From the NCBI GenBank assembly GCA_038323715.1, contig JBBQHF010000001.1, positions 45,549 to 109,548 of the forward strand: DNA of 64,000 nucleotides, given 5' to 3'. Shown one piece after another: positions 28,153-38,000 of this stretch (position 1 is the stretch's first letter; the number at the start of each line of letters is the position of its first letter). Both the position numbers and the translations under genes were made by a program. Source of the stretch: Patescibacteria group bacterium (GTDB lineage: Bacteria > Patescibacteriota > Patescibacteriia > Patescibacteriales > UBA12465). The notes under the pieces are model-generated. The model did no database searches. It saw nothing but the letters and a program-made list of their open reading frames with translations, and was not told where the DNA came from.

Positions 28153-29226
28153 ATGAAACTCAATAATTTATCAAAAGTTTTAAAAGACCAACCTAAATAT
28201 CGTTACGTCCAGGTTAATAAATGCTTGTTTCAAGATTATATTTCAAATTGGGATGAGGCCTCTAGTTTGCCAAAGATATTAAGAGAGGAACTGGCGATAG
28301 CCTGTCCCTTAGAAATTAAGGCAAATATTTTTGAAGAGTCTGGTCGTAAATTAACTAAAAAAGCACTGATTGAATTAGAAGATGGCGAAACGGTAGAAAC
28401 TGTTTTAATACGTCAGAAAGTAGACAAAAAGGATTGGGAAGAAAAAGACACATTAGTAAAAGATGGTCGCGCCCACCGTAATACTATTTGTATTTCCAGC
28501 CAAATAGGTTGTGCTTTGGATTGTTCATTTTGTGCAACGGGGCAGGCCGGTTTTAAGCGAAATTTATTATCTGAAGAAATAGTTGAGCAGGTAGTATTTT
28601 GGCAGAGAGAATTAAAAAAAGAAAATATTCTTGAAAAGGTTGATAATATAGTTTTTATGGGTATGGGTGAGCCGTTTTTAAATTATTCAGAGTTTATTAA
28701 AGCGGCAAAATTTATTAATAATCCTGAGACTTTAAATATTGGGGCCCGTCGAATGTCGGTCTCCACCGCTGGTATTATAGAAGGTATAAAAAGATTTGCT
28801 GGTGAAAAATTGCAAATGAATTTGGCAGTTTCTTTGCACGCGGCGACTGATAATCTTCGCCGTAAGTTAATGCCAATTGCTAAAAAATATGAACTCAGTG
28901 ATTTGTTTAAATCGGTTGATGATTATATAAAAAAAACTGGTCGTCGCGTTATGTTTGAATACTTAATGATAAGGGGGGTTAATGATTCTCAGTCTGATGC
29001 CGAGGAACTATCAGTTATCATGAGAAAACCTCTTTACCTGTTGAATTTAATTCCTTACAACGAAACTGGACGTTTTCAAGCTTCTTCGCGTGAAACGATT
29101 GAAAATTTTAAGAAGACTTTAGAAAAAAATGGCATTCCGGTTACTATCAGGCTTAGTTTTGGTTCTGATATCTCTGCTGCTTGTGGACAATTAAAAAGAA
29201 AAGTAACCGGAAATAAGAAAATATAA
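28153..29226 (+). CDS. rlmN: 23S rRNA/tRNA adenine-C2 methyltransferase RlmN (radical SAM)
   Basis: CISSQIGCALDCSFCATG radical-SAM CxxxCxxC motif plus the conserved upstream Cys and the C-terminal Cys of RlmN/Cfr. Confidence 0.85.
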   Translation: MKLNNLSKVLKDQPKYRYVQVNKCLFQDYISNWDEASSLPKILREELAIACPLEIKANIFEESGRKLTKKALIELEDGETVETVLIRQKVDKKDWEEKDTLVKDGRAHRNTICISSQIGCALDCSFCATGQAGFKRNLLSEEIVEQVVFWQRELKKENILEKVDNIVFMGMGEPFLNYSEFIKAAKFINNPETLNIGARRMSVSTAGIIEGIKRFAGEKLQMNLAVSLHAATDNLRRKLMPIAKKYELSDLFKSVDDYIKKTGRRVMFEYLMIRGVNDSQSDAEELSVIMRKPLYLLNLIPYNETGRFQASSRETIENFKKTLEKNGIPVTIRLSFGSDISAACGQLKRKVTGNKKI

Positions 29227-29242
29227 AAAATTAGATAATTTA

Positions 29243-29268
29243 AAACCCGGCTTGTTAGTCGGGTTTTT
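29243..29268. terminator. Bidirectional intrinsic terminator between convergent genes
   Basis: aaacccg-gcttgttagt-cgggttt stem-loop with A/T runs on both sides. Confidence 0.55.
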
Positions 29269-29275
29269 GTTAGGG

Positions 29276-30124
29276 CTATAATAATTTGTTTGCTGCTTTA
29301 ATTCTGGTAAATTGTTTGCCTATTCTGTCTGAGTACGAACTTCTAACCATTATATCTTTTCTAAAATAAAGATAATGGATTTTACCGCGACAATTATATT
29401 CTAATATGAATTTAAATGTTTTAGTTTTTAGAAGCTGTATTAAGGGCGCCAAGTCTATAAACGGATCCAGTTCTTTTTCTTCTTCTAACTTTATGAGAGA
29501 AATTTTTTGGAATGGGTAAGCTTTGAGCGCCTGCCCTCTAATACTAGTAGTACTCCAAAATCGTAGTAAGCCATTCATCTTTTTCTCGGCAACTTTTTGA
29601 ATTTCGGCTAAAGCATTAATTTCAGCATTTTCTTTTCCAGAAATTAATTCACTAATCATTTCTTTTAGAATTCTGTTAATTCCTTTTGGATGATCTGTAT
29701 TAAAATCTAAAGAAATTTGTGCCTGATATGCCCTTAGGATTCTTTCGGCCGCTTTGTTTGAGGTAGCAAAATCTTTTTTCGTTATTTCTTTAATCGTGGA
29801 GCGCCCATCTGGAGAGATTTTGTAACCCATTCCGATTAAAGTTGTTAAAGAATGTGTATTTTGACCCTCTTTTTCGTTAATCCATAATTGAATTTTGTTT
29901 TTGTTTTTAATTTCAAAATCAATTAATTTTTTAAGTTCGCCTTCTGTTTCTGGTCCAATATCTATGATGTATATTTCATCATCATCGTTGAGTTCGTGCT
30001 CAACCATGGCGTTTACATCGGAGGGCTCTATTTGAACATGACCTCCAAGTTGTAAAAAAAGAGTTGCGGCGGGGAAGATGAGATAGGGCTCATTTCTGTT
30101 AAAAAAAACAATTTTTCTTTTCAT
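29276..30124 (-). CDS. Hypothetical protein (282 aa), lone minus-strand gene in a + strand block
   Basis: ORF only. No recognisable motifs. Confidence 0.45.
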   Translation of the reverse strand: MKRKIVFFNRNEPYLIFPAATLFLQLGGHVQIEPSDVNAMVEHELNDDDEIYIIDIGPETEGELKKLIDFEIKNKNKIQLWINEKEGQNTHSLTTLIGMGYKISPDGRSTIKEITKKDFATSNKAAERILRAYQAQISLDFNTDHPKGINRILKEMISELISGKENAEINALAEIQKVAEKKMNGLLRFWSTTSIRGQALKAYPFQKISLIKLEEEKELDPFIDLAPLIQLLKTKTFKFILEYNCRGKIHYLYFRKDIMVRSSYSDRIGKQFTRIKAANKLL

Positions 30125-30250
30125 GATGCGATTAGTTTTTAAAGTTCAACTTATATTTATTTAGCATTTATGCTTTTTATACTAAAACCTTTTTAATTAT
30201 TTGTCAATTATCGGTTTAAACAGGTATAATGATTTTATACTAAAAATAAA

Positions 30251-30814
30251 ATGTTAACTAAACAAAGAAAAATTATTTTAAATGGGCAAGAAATAGCTTA
30301 TTCGCTTAAATCTTATCGTACCTCTAGACGTTTGCGTCTTATGATTTATGGTAATGGGGAGATTTCTGTTACTAAGCCCACCTTTGTAAACGAAAAAGCA
30401 GTTGTCGATTTTTTACAAAGCCGGGCGGCCTGGATTACTGGCAAGATAAATAATACCAAATTTGTTCCCGGAAACCCAGTTACCGAAGATACGCTGGCTA
30501 ATTATAAACGCCATAAAGACAGGGCGGAGGCGATGATTAACGATCGCTTGGTTTATTTTAATAGATTCTATGGTTTTAAGTATCAAGCTGTGAGGATAAG
30601 ACGTCAAAAAACTAGGTGGGGCAGCTGTTCTAAAAATGGTAATCTAAGTTTTAACTATCGCATTTTATTTCTTACTCCGGCTGAGGCCGATTATATTATT
30701 GTCCATGAACTTTGTCATCTTAAAGAGTTTAACCATTCTCCTAATTTTTGGGCCTTAGTCGCTCAAACAATTCCAGATTATCGTGCCTTGCGGGGCAAGC
30801 TAAAAGTGGTCTAA
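30251..30814 (+). CDS. YgjP/DUF45-family (WLM/SprT-like) metal-dependent hydrolase
   Basis: IIVHELCHLKEFNHSPNFWALV contains the HExxH zincin motif in the conserved DUF45 context. Confidence 0.7.
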   Translation: MLTKQRKIILNGQEIAYSLKSYRTSRRLRLMIYGNGEISVTKPTFVNEKAVVDFLQSRAAWITGKINNTKFVPGNPVTEDTLANYKRHKDRAEAMINDRLVYFNRFYGFKYQAVRIRRQKTRWGSCSKNGNLSFNYRILFLTPAEADYIIVHELCHLKEFNHSPNFWALVAQTIPDYRALRGKLKVV

Positions 30815-30865
30815 TAATGATAAATTTGCTATAATAATGGCATCTAATAAATTAATTTTAAATAT

Positions 30866-31459
30866 ATGTTCACTTTAAAATCTTTGCCGTTTGCTAAAAA
30901 TGCGCTTGAGCCGTATATGTCTGAAAAAACTCTTGATTTCCATTATGGTAAACATCATCAGGCCTATGTAGATAATTTAAATAAACTGATTGAGGGGACC
31001 GAGTTAGCTAATCTTTCTTTGGAGGAAATAGTGCTTAAATCTTTTGAGAAAAATGAGATGACGGCTATTTTTAATAATGCTGCTCAAGTTTTCAATCACA
31101 ATATCTTTTGGGACTCATTAAGTAGCAAGGCTGAAGATAGAATAATTCCCGAAGAGGTTCTGAGTCTAATTAACTCATCTTTTGGTTCGTTGGAAAATTT
31201 CTATACTCAATTTAAAACAGTTGCCTTGAGTCAGTTTGGCAGCGGTTGGACTTGGCTAGTTAAGAGCGACAAAGGTTTAGAAATTATTAAAACTCCAAAT
31301 GCGGAAAACCCTCTAGTAAGAAGTTTGAAACCAATTTTAGCACTTGATGTTTGGGAACATTCTTATTATTTAGATTATCAAAATAGACGCGCTGACTTTG
31401 TTGACGCAATCATGATGAACTTATTCAATTGGAGTTTTGCTCTTGCTAATATTTCCTAA
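30866..31459 (+). CDS. sod: Fe/Mn superoxide dismutase
   Basis: LPFAKNALEPYMSEKTLDFHYGKHHQAYV and DVWEHSYYLDYQNRR metal-ligand motifs. Confidence 0.85.
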   Translation: MFTLKSLPFAKNALEPYMSEKTLDFHYGKHHQAYVDNLNKLIEGTELANLSLEEIVLKSFEKNEMTAIFNNAAQVFNHNIFWDSLSSKAEDRIIPEEVLSLINSSFGSLENFYTQFKTVALSQFGSGWTWLVKSDKGLEIIKTPNAENPLVRSLKPILALDVWEHSYYLDYQNRRADFVDAIMMNLFNWSFALANIS

Positions 31460-31464
31460 AATTC

Positions 31465-32148
31465 ATGTATAAAAATCCCTACATAAAAATACAACCAAAA
31501 ACTAAGCGACCATATACCGAAATTTTATTAATTAGGCATTGCCATCCAAATTATAAAATGGCTAAAAAAATGGGCGACATGGATATGCCTCTTTCAGTTG
31601 TCGGCTTAAAGCAGAGACGATACTTAACCAAGCGTTTATTGAATTCCAAGGTGGATATTGTTTGCTCCAGCGAATTTGCCAGAGCCAAGGAAACAGCTGC
31701 TGATTTTATTAAAAAATCAGGAAAGAAACTAATAGTAAATAACAGGCTCAATGAATTTGATTGGAAGGATTGGTATAGAATAAAATATTTTAACATGACC
31801 GAGAAAGAACGCGAAAAACGTTTGAAGCGTCATGAGGTTCTTGATAAAGAGTTGGATAAAATGCAAACTGCCGCCAGAAGAGCGGTCGCGGAGATATTTC
31901 GTGAGTTCAAGGGAAAAAAAATTGCCATCTTCTGCCATGGTAATTTTATCAAATCAATTTTAACGGGAATTTTAAATGCTGATATTATTGGGTTTTTATC
32001 TTTAGAAATATTTCAATCTTCTATTAGTAAAATAATAGTTGATCGTGATGGTTATATAAAAATAGTTTATATAAATGATGTTCATCACTTACCGGCCCCA
32101 CCGAATAAAGACGTATTCGTAACATTATTAGATTATGAGGAAAAATAG
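31465..32148 (+). CDS. Histidine phosphatase superfamily protein (phosphoglycerate-mutase-like)
   Basis: ILLIRHCHPNY (RHG-type catalytic His motif variant) and a later CHGNFIKS His region. Confidence 0.55.
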   Translation: MYKNPYIKIQPKTKRPYTEILLIRHCHPNYKMAKKMGDMDMPLSVVGLKQRRYLTKRLLNSKVDIVCSSEFARAKETAADFIKKSGKKLIVNNRLNEFDWKDWYRIKYFNMTEKEREKRLKRHEVLDKELDKMQTAARRAVAEIFREFKGKKIAIFCHGNFIKSILTGILNADIIGFLSLEIFQSSISKIIVDRDGYIKIVYINDVHHLPAPPNKDVFVTLLDYEEK

Positions 32149-33469
32149 ATTACAACTATTATCTTTTGCACTTGGTTTAATAGTATTTTGTTTGAGTTTT
32201 TTAATTAGCCAAACAGTTGAGGCCGCTAGTTTAAGTGGCCGTATTTTATTACAAGTACAAGATAAGGGCCAGGCTTGGTATGTCGACCCGGTAAGCGTTA
32301 CCAGATATTACCTTGGTCGCCCTGATGATGCTTTTAAAATAATGCGTGATTTTGGTCTCGGCGTTTCTAATAATGATTTGAGCTCGTTTATTTCTACGAA
32401 GGCCCCCACTCGCTTAGCTGGTCGCATAGTTTTAAAGGTCCAAGATAAAGGGCAAGCTTATTATGTTAATCCTTTAAATTTAAAATTATATTATTTAGGA
32501 AGACCTGATGATGCCTTTGCCGTTATTAGAAGTTTAGGACTCGGGATTACTAATAGTGACCTTAATAAAATTGCTATTGGGACTACTTCAGCTAGTCAAA
32601 CGGCTAATTTAGCCCCAACGAGCCAAACTGTTTATAGTGAGACTAAGACCTTTACTTTTAAATATAAAAACACTAGTCAAAGCCTCTCATTGCAGTTATC
32701 GCCGACTATATATAAAAGCTATCAAGCCGCTCCGAAAGTGTATAGCTACCCCGCTAATAACCCACCAGCTAACTTGAGTGAGTCTTTTTATGGTTTATTT
32801 TTGCAAATTAAAAAGGATGATTTATCAATTTCCGATATAGTGTCCAGTCTTTCAAATAAAGCAAAAAATAATAACTGGTCAGATGATGAGTTAGCAGAAA
32901 GTGCCTTGGCGCTTGTCCAATACATTACCTATGATAAGGCTAAGGCAGATTCTAGTGTTAATAATCCTTATTATCCTTATGAAACCCTATATCTAAAGAC
33001 TGGCGTTTGTTCGGACAAAACTTTCTTAGCGGTTTCTATTTTGCGTAAATTGGGGTATGGAGCAGCAATAATGAATTTTCCAGATATTAATCATAGCGCT
33101 GCGGGAATCGCCTGCCCAGTTGAATATTCTATCTCCGGCTCTGGTTATTGCTATGTTGAAGTTACAAATTATTTTCCCATTAGCGTAGTCCCTAATAGTA
33201 TTCAGGGGCAAGCTCAGGTTGATGATTATAGTTTTGATACGCTTTTTGATGAATCAAAATTGGGTAGTATAGAAATAGTACAAAAAAGTTCCGGCAAAAT
33301 ATATTATGGCGCTAGTATCGTTCACCAAAAAGTAGCGGAAATGTCTTTGCTGTATAATGAAATAAAATCCTTGCGCGCTGGAGGGAGCTTTGATTATCAG
33401 GGAGCGGTTGATTATAATCAAAAGGTAAGCACCTTTAACGACCTGGTGCGTAAATTTTATCAACAATAG
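32135..33469 (+). CDS. Secreted protein with two N-terminal about 60-aa tandem repeats and a C-terminal transglutaminase-like cysteine-protease core
   Basis: Signal/TM at the N-terminus. Repeats GRILLQVQDKGQAWYVDP...YYLGRPDDAFKIMRDFGLGVSNNDLS and GRIVLKVQDKGQAYYVNP...YYLGRPDDAFAVIRSLGLGITNSDLN. Later KTGVCSDKTFLAVSILRKLGY with downstream His and Asp, consistent with a transglutaminase-like Cys-His-Asp core. Confidence 0.5.
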   Translation: MRKNRLQLLSFALGLIVFCLSFLISQTVEAASLSGRILLQVQDKGQAWYVDPVSVTRYYLGRPDDAFKIMRDFGLGVSNNDLSSFISTKAPTRLAGRIVLKVQDKGQAYYVNPLNLKLYYLGRPDDAFAVIRSLGLGITNSDLNKIAIGTTSASQTANLAPTSQTVYSETKTFTFKYKNTSQSLSLQLSPTIYKSYQAAPKVYSYPANNPPANLSESFYGLFLQIKKDDLSISDIVSSLSNKAKNNNWSDDELAESALALVQYITYDKAKADSSVNNPYYPYETLYLKTGVCSDKTFLAVSILRKLGYGAAIMNFPDINHSAAGIACPVEYSISGSGYCYVEVTNYFPISVVPNSIQGQAQVDDYSFDTLFDESKLGSIEIVQKSSGKIYYGASIVHQKVAEMSLLYNEIKSLRAGGSFDYQGAVDYNQKVSTFNDLVRKFYQQ

Positions 33470-33472
33470 TGT

Positions 33473-33934
33473 ATGTTGGATATTACCGTGGTAGCATTTG
33501 GTAAAATAAAAACTAAATATTTTGATTTAGCGGCTGGTGAGTATCTAAAAAGACTTAAGCCATACGCTAGAATCAGAATTGAAGAATTAAAACTTGAATC
33601 TTTTTCGCAATCCAGTCAAGAAGTTGCTAAGAAAGAAGAGGGAAATCGTCTGCAGGATTATTTAAACCGCAAATCAGGTTCAGCGGTTTTTTTGTTAGCG
33701 GAAAAAGGGGAAGAATGTGACTCTATTAAGTTTTCTAAAAAATTATTTAATTTAAATCAGCCAATCATTTTAATTATTGGTGGGACTTTAGGCTTCACTG
33801 AAGAAATATTTAACAAGTATAATAAAATTTCTTTATCAAAATTAACTTTTCCGCATGAGCTGGCGCGAGTTATTCTGCTTGAGCAAATTTATCGCGCCGT
33901 TACAATTTTTAATAACAAAAGTTATCATTATTAA
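33473..33934 (+). CDS. rlmH: 23S rRNA (pseudouridine1915-N3)-methyltransferase RlmH (SPOUT)
   Basis: MLDITVVAFGKIKTKYFDLAAGEYLKRL start and C-terminal IILIIGGTLGF...LTFPHELARVIL SPOUT knot motifs. Confidence 0.8.
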   Translation: MLDITVVAFGKIKTKYFDLAAGEYLKRLKPYARIRIEELKLESFSQSSQEVAKKEEGNRLQDYLNRKSGSAVFLLAEKGEECDSIKFSKKLFNLNQPIILIIGGTLGFTEEIFNKYNKISLSKLTFPHELARVILLEQIYRAVTIFNNKSYHY

Positions 33935-33935
33935 T

Positions 33936-34664
33936 ATGTCTGTTTTTCCTGATATTTCTAGAGAGCTTAATATCTTAGCCGATAAACAACAAGCGCTTAT
34001 TTTGCAGCGCTTTTTTAAAACTGGAAAAGGTCAGTATGGAGAAGGGGATATTTTTTTAGGAATTAGAGTCCCAGTTGCTCGCCAGGTTGCTTTAAAATAT
34101 AAAATAGCGACCATGACCGACGTTTCTAAATTATTAAAAAGTAAATTTCATGAATATCGCCTAGTCGGGCTTTTTATTTTAATTAAAAAATATGAAGACT
34201 CTAAAAATATTATTGAAAGAAAAACAATATTTAATTTTTATTTAAAAAATACCCGCTATATTAATAATTGGGACTTAGTAGATTTAAGCGCCCCTAAAAT
34301 AGTAGGTAATTTTTTATTTAATTATATTAATCAGAAAGAGATTAAGAATATTCTCGGTGAGATGGCGCACTCCAATAACTTATGGGAAAAAAGAATTGCC
34401 ATTGTCGCCACCTTCTATTTTATTCGCCAAGGGAGCACGAAGGAGGTTTTTTATATATCTGAAATTTTATTATCTGATAAACATGACTTAATTCATAAGG
34501 CGGTTGGTTGGATGTTGAGGGAGGCGGGTAAGAGAATTGGGACAAGGGAATTACTAGATTTCTTAAAAAAATATGGTAAAGTGATGCCTAGAACGGCGTT
34601 GCGGTATTCTATAGAGCGTTTTCCCGAAAAGCAACGGAAATCCCTTCTGGATTGTCGTTTCTAG
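33936..34664 (+). CDS. DNA alkylation repair protein (AlkD/AlkC-like HEAT-repeat glycosylase family)
   Basis: FFKTGKGQYGEGDIFLGIRVPVARQVA, NNWDLVD, and HDLIHKAVGWMLRE match the DNA_alkylation family. The ORF-track start at 33855 would overlap rlmH, so the ATG at 33936 is preferred. Confidence 0.7.
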   Translation: MSVFPDISRELNILADKQQALILQRFFKTGKGQYGEGDIFLGIRVPVARQVALKYKIATMTDVSKLLKSKFHEYRLVGLFILIKKYEDSKNIIERKTIFNFYLKNTRYINNWDLVDLSAPKIVGNFLFNYINQKEIKNILGEMAHSNNLWEKRIAIVATFYFIRQGSTKEVFYISEILLSDKHDLIHKAVGWMLREAGKRIGTRELLDFLKKYGKVMPRTALRYSIERFPEKQRKSLLDCRF

Positions 34665-34710
34665 TGCTTGTGCTATAATTTCATTACTTATTAAGTTAAT
34701 AAATAATTAT

Positions 34711-35490
34711 ATGTCAGACAATAATTTACAGTCATTATCATGGAAGAGCCCAAAAAGTTGGCTTATGCTAATTGGTATTATTTTGTTAGCTGGCGTCATC
34801 GTGATTTCTATCTTAAGAGACCGAATCGTCAATCAAACATTTAAGCAAGTTACCGTTACTGGGCAAGGTAGAGTTTCTTATAGTCCAGATTTAGCGATTG
34901 TTACCCTGGGGGTCCAAATTGACAAAGTAGCAAAAGCCGAGGATGCTTTAAATCAACTTAACGCCAAAATGGAAAATATTATTAAAGCTGTCAAAATTTA
35001 TGATATTTCAGATAGTGATATCCAAACTCAGAATTATTCTTTATATCCCCAGTATGATTATAAAGATAACATTTCAAGCGTTACTGGCTATAATGCCAAT
35101 GAACAGTTGGTTATTAAGGTTTCTAATTATGATAAAGACCCCAGCCGTTTAAATAAGGTTATCGCTGATGCTTCAAAAGCGGGGGCTAATCAAGTTGCCG
35201 GGTTAACTTTTGATTCCTCTTATTTAAATGATTTGAAGCAACAGGCTAGAGTGGCCGCCATTAAGGATGCTAAAAATAAAAGTGGAGAATTGGCGGATGC
35301 GGCTGGTGTGGAGCTAAAGAATGTTGGTGGTTGGTGGGAAAATATTGTTCAACCTTTGCCGTATTCTTCTTATGGTTATGAAAAAGGAGGAATGGGCGCT
35401 GGTGGAGCTGGGGGTGTGGTTGATCCCCAGATTAATTCCGGAAGTAGAGAAGTGGTAGTAGAGGTTGGCGTCACTTATAATCTTAAATAA
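34711..35490 (+). CDS. SIMPL-domain (DUF541, '26 kDa periplasmic immunogenic protein') family protein
   Basis: N-terminal TM, VTVTGQGRVSYSPDLAIVTLGVQ start of the SIMPL fold, and a Gly-rich C-terminus. Confidence 0.7.
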   Translation: MSDNNLQSLSWKSPKSWLMLIGIILLAGVIVISILRDRIVNQTFKQVTVTGQGRVSYSPDLAIVTLGVQIDKVAKAEDALNQLNAKMENIIKAVKIYDISDSDIQTQNYSLYPQYDYKDNISSVTGYNANEQLVIKVSNYDKDPSRLNKVIADASKAGANQVAGLTFDSSYLNDLKQQARVAAIKDAKNKSGELADAAGVELKNVGGWWENIVQPLPYSSYGYEKGGMGAGGAGGVVDPQINSGSREVVVEVGVTYNLK

Positions 35491-35525
35491 TCTATATTTT
35501 TAATAATTCATAAACTTTTATTAAT

Positions 35526-37994
35526 ATGAACGGGCAAGAAACTCTAGATCAAAGGAAGCGTTCTCTGTTTGGCAAAACAATTTTGATAGTTAATAGTAAT
35601 TCGGCCAATGACCCCCTTCATTCAAAAAAAAGTTTTATCAGAAAAGCTAAAACTCTTGGTCTAAAGATTATTGTTTTAGGAAGTGAGGCAACAACTTTCC
35701 AGCCATACGCTGATTATTGCATTAAGGCTAATACTGCAAATTATGCGGAGGCACTTACAGTTTTAGAATCTTTCTTGCAAAATCAACCAGAAATTAAGCT
35801 AGATGGCGTGGCTACATTTTTAGAAGATGATGTTTTATTAGTGTCTAAAATTGTTGATAAATATAAATTAATCGGGGTGCCATTTCGGGTCGCCAATCAA
35901 GCCAGAAACAAATATCTTTTTCGTGAATTCTGTTTGAATAACAGTTTGCCGGTTGTTAAGTTTAGAGAACTAAAAAATAATAAGGATTTAGAGGATGTAA
36001 TCAAGAATTTTTCATTCCCTTTGGTTGTTAAGCCCGCTTACGGTGCCGGGAGCGCTTTCGTGATGAGAGTTAATGATGCTGAAGAGTTAAGGGAAAGTTA
36101 TGATTATATTAAGAAAGAGATATCTCCCAAAGTTGAATCAGCTCTTACCGATGGGTTAGGAGTATTTATAGAAGAATATATAGATGGGGATGAGGTTGAT
36201 TTAGATATTTTGGTGCAAAATGGAAAAATAAAATTTTGCGCCATTTCTGATAACGGGCAAACTAAAGAACCTTTTTTTATTGAGACCACCAGGATGACTC
36301 CCTCTAACTTGCCGGCCAAGCATCAGGCGCAACTCCTTACCATGGTTGATGAGATGTTGGAAAAATTGGGAGTTTTAAATGGTTGTATTCATTTTGAAGC
36401 TAAAGCTACTTCTCAGGGGCCAATGCCGATAGAAATAAATTTAAGATTAGGTGGGGATGAAGTTTATGCTAGTGTTAAAGCGGCTTGGCGAATTGATTTG
36501 ATAGAAAATTATTTAAAAATAGTTTGCGGGGTTTATATTCCTAAATTTGAATTTCCATCAGGGCCGTATGCTTATTTGGTTGCTCAGACTTTTTCTTCAG
36601 AGCATTCCGGTATCTTAGTTAATTTGGAAATAAGTGATAACTTAAAGAAGTTACCATTTGTAGAAGAGTTCCAGTTTGAAAAGAAAATTGGAGACTCGGT
36701 AATGGCTCCACCCGATGGGTATGAGTACTTGGGTTGGATCTTGGTTTCCGGACATAACCCCCTTGATGCTCAAGACAATCTTCATTTAGCGGCGGATATG
36801 GTGAGCTATGATGTGGCCAAATTTCATCCAGCTTCTTCCATTGGGAAGACGGCTCGTAAAACGCCTTTTTCAATTTCAGCGGTTAATCGCGAGATGTTAA
36901 AAAGAGGGTCTAAGATAGAAAAAATCAGGCGCATGGCCATCTCCAATCAACGCAATTTACACATCGGGATAGCGTGTAATCTCTATAATGAGGGAAATCA
37001 AGATCAAGAAACCATGGTTGAAAATGATTTAACGGTCATTGGCAAAGAGATAGAAATTTCTCTGAAGGCGCGTGGCTATAAAGTAGATTTTTTTGATTTT
37101 AATGATTTGCCAAAAGTTTTTGATGAATTAAAAAATAGTGATGTTGATTTAGTGTTTAATGTTTGTGAACGTATTAATAATTCTAGTTTATTAGAGCCAC
37201 ACGTTGCCTCTATTTTTGATGTTTTGCAAATTCCTTATACCGGGTCAAATCCTTTTACGCTTGGTTTGTGTATTGATAAAATTAGAGTCAAAAAACTTTT
37301 AAATTATCATAAGATACCAACCCCAGAATGGGATTATATTTATTCTTTGGATGATGACATCAGAGATGATTTGCGTTATCCACTCATAGTTAAGCCGGCT
37401 AATACTGATAATTCAATTGGGATTACTAATGATTCGGTCGTTAAAAATGAAAAAGAATTACGTCGCCAATTAGAAAAGGTAATTGGCGAAATCGGTCGCC
37501 CGGCTTTAATAGAAGAATATATAGAAGGAGACGAATACGATGTCCCAGTAATTGGCCGCGATGATGATGATTTACGAGTTTTACCGTTATCGCGTTCTAT
37601 ATTTGATAATCTCCCGGCCGATAAGTGGCACATTTATCCTTTTGAGGCCAAATATACCGATGATCCGGTTTATAAAAAAATTATTGTACAACGCCCACCA
37701 AAAAATATCAGTAAAAAATTAGAAACTTTATTGGGAGAAATAGCGCTTGATACTTATCGCATCCTTGATTGTCATGATTACGGACGAATTGAAATAAGAG
37801 TTGATAAAAATAATAATCCTTACGTTCTAGAGCTAAACCCTAATCCTTCGTTAAATGAGGATGGCTGTTTTTCTATTTGTGCCAAAGTAGTTGGGATGGA
37901 TTACGGCGACTTCTTAGAGGAAATAATTAGATTGGCTATTAAGCGTTATAAAGATAATCCTCCTTATTATCATTTACAGCCGAACATTCTCTAA
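35526..37994 (+). CDS. Fusion of two ATP-grasp ligase modules (N-terminal generic ATP-grasp, C-terminal D-Ala-D-Ala-ligase-like)
   Basis: Module 1: PLVVKPAYGAGSAFVMRV, GVFIEEYIDGDEVDLDIL, HFEAK...IEINLRLGGDE. Module 2: PLIVKPANTDNSIGI, ALIEEYIEGDEYDVPVIG, GRIEIRVDKNNNPYVLELNPNPSL, which are classic Ddl-family motifs. 822 aa in total. Confidence 0.65.
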   Translation: MNGQETLDQRKRSLFGKTILIVNSNSANDPLHSKKSFIRKAKTLGLKIIVLGSEATTFQPYADYCIKANTANYAEALTVLESFLQNQPEIKLDGVATFLEDDVLLVSKIVDKYKLIGVPFRVANQARNKYLFREFCLNNSLPVVKFRELKNNKDLEDVIKNFSFPLVVKPAYGAGSAFVMRVNDAEELRESYDYIKKEISPKVESALTDGLGVFIEEYIDGDEVDLDILVQNGKIKFCAISDNGQTKEPFFIETTRMTPSNLPAKHQAQLLTMVDEMLEKLGVLNGCIHFEAKATSQGPMPIEINLRLGGDEVYASVKAAWRIDLIENYLKIVCGVYIPKFEFPSGPYAYLVAQTFSSEHSGILVNLEISDNLKKLPFVEEFQFEKKIGDSVMAPPDGYEYLGWILVSGHNPLDAQDNLHLAADMVSYDVAKFHPASSIGKTARKTPFSISAVNREMLKRGSKIEKIRRMAISNQRNLHIGIACNLYNEGNQDQETMVENDLTVIGKEIEISLKARGYKVDFFDFNDLPKVFDELKNSDVDLVFNVCERINNSSLLEPHVASIFDVLQIPYTGSNPFTLGLCIDKIRVKKLLNYHKIPTPEWDYIYSLDDDIRDDLRYPLIVKPANTDNSIGITNDSVVKNEKELRRQLEKVIGEIGRPALIEEYIEGDEYDVPVIGRDDDDLRVLPLSRSIFDNLPADKWHIYPFEAKYTDDPVYKKIIVQRPPKNISKKLETLLGEIALDTYRILDCHDYGRIEIRVDKNNNPYVLELNPNPSLNEDGCFSICAKVVGMDYGDFLEEIIRLAIKRYKDNPPYYHLQPNIL

Positions 37995-38000
37995 AACAAT

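Noticed and set aside
33855-33935. Upstream extension of the DNA-alkylation-repair ORF overlapping rlmH
   Set aside because: The extension is in a different frame from rlmH and would overlap it by 80 nt. The ATG at 33936, immediately after the rlmH stop, is the more plausible start.
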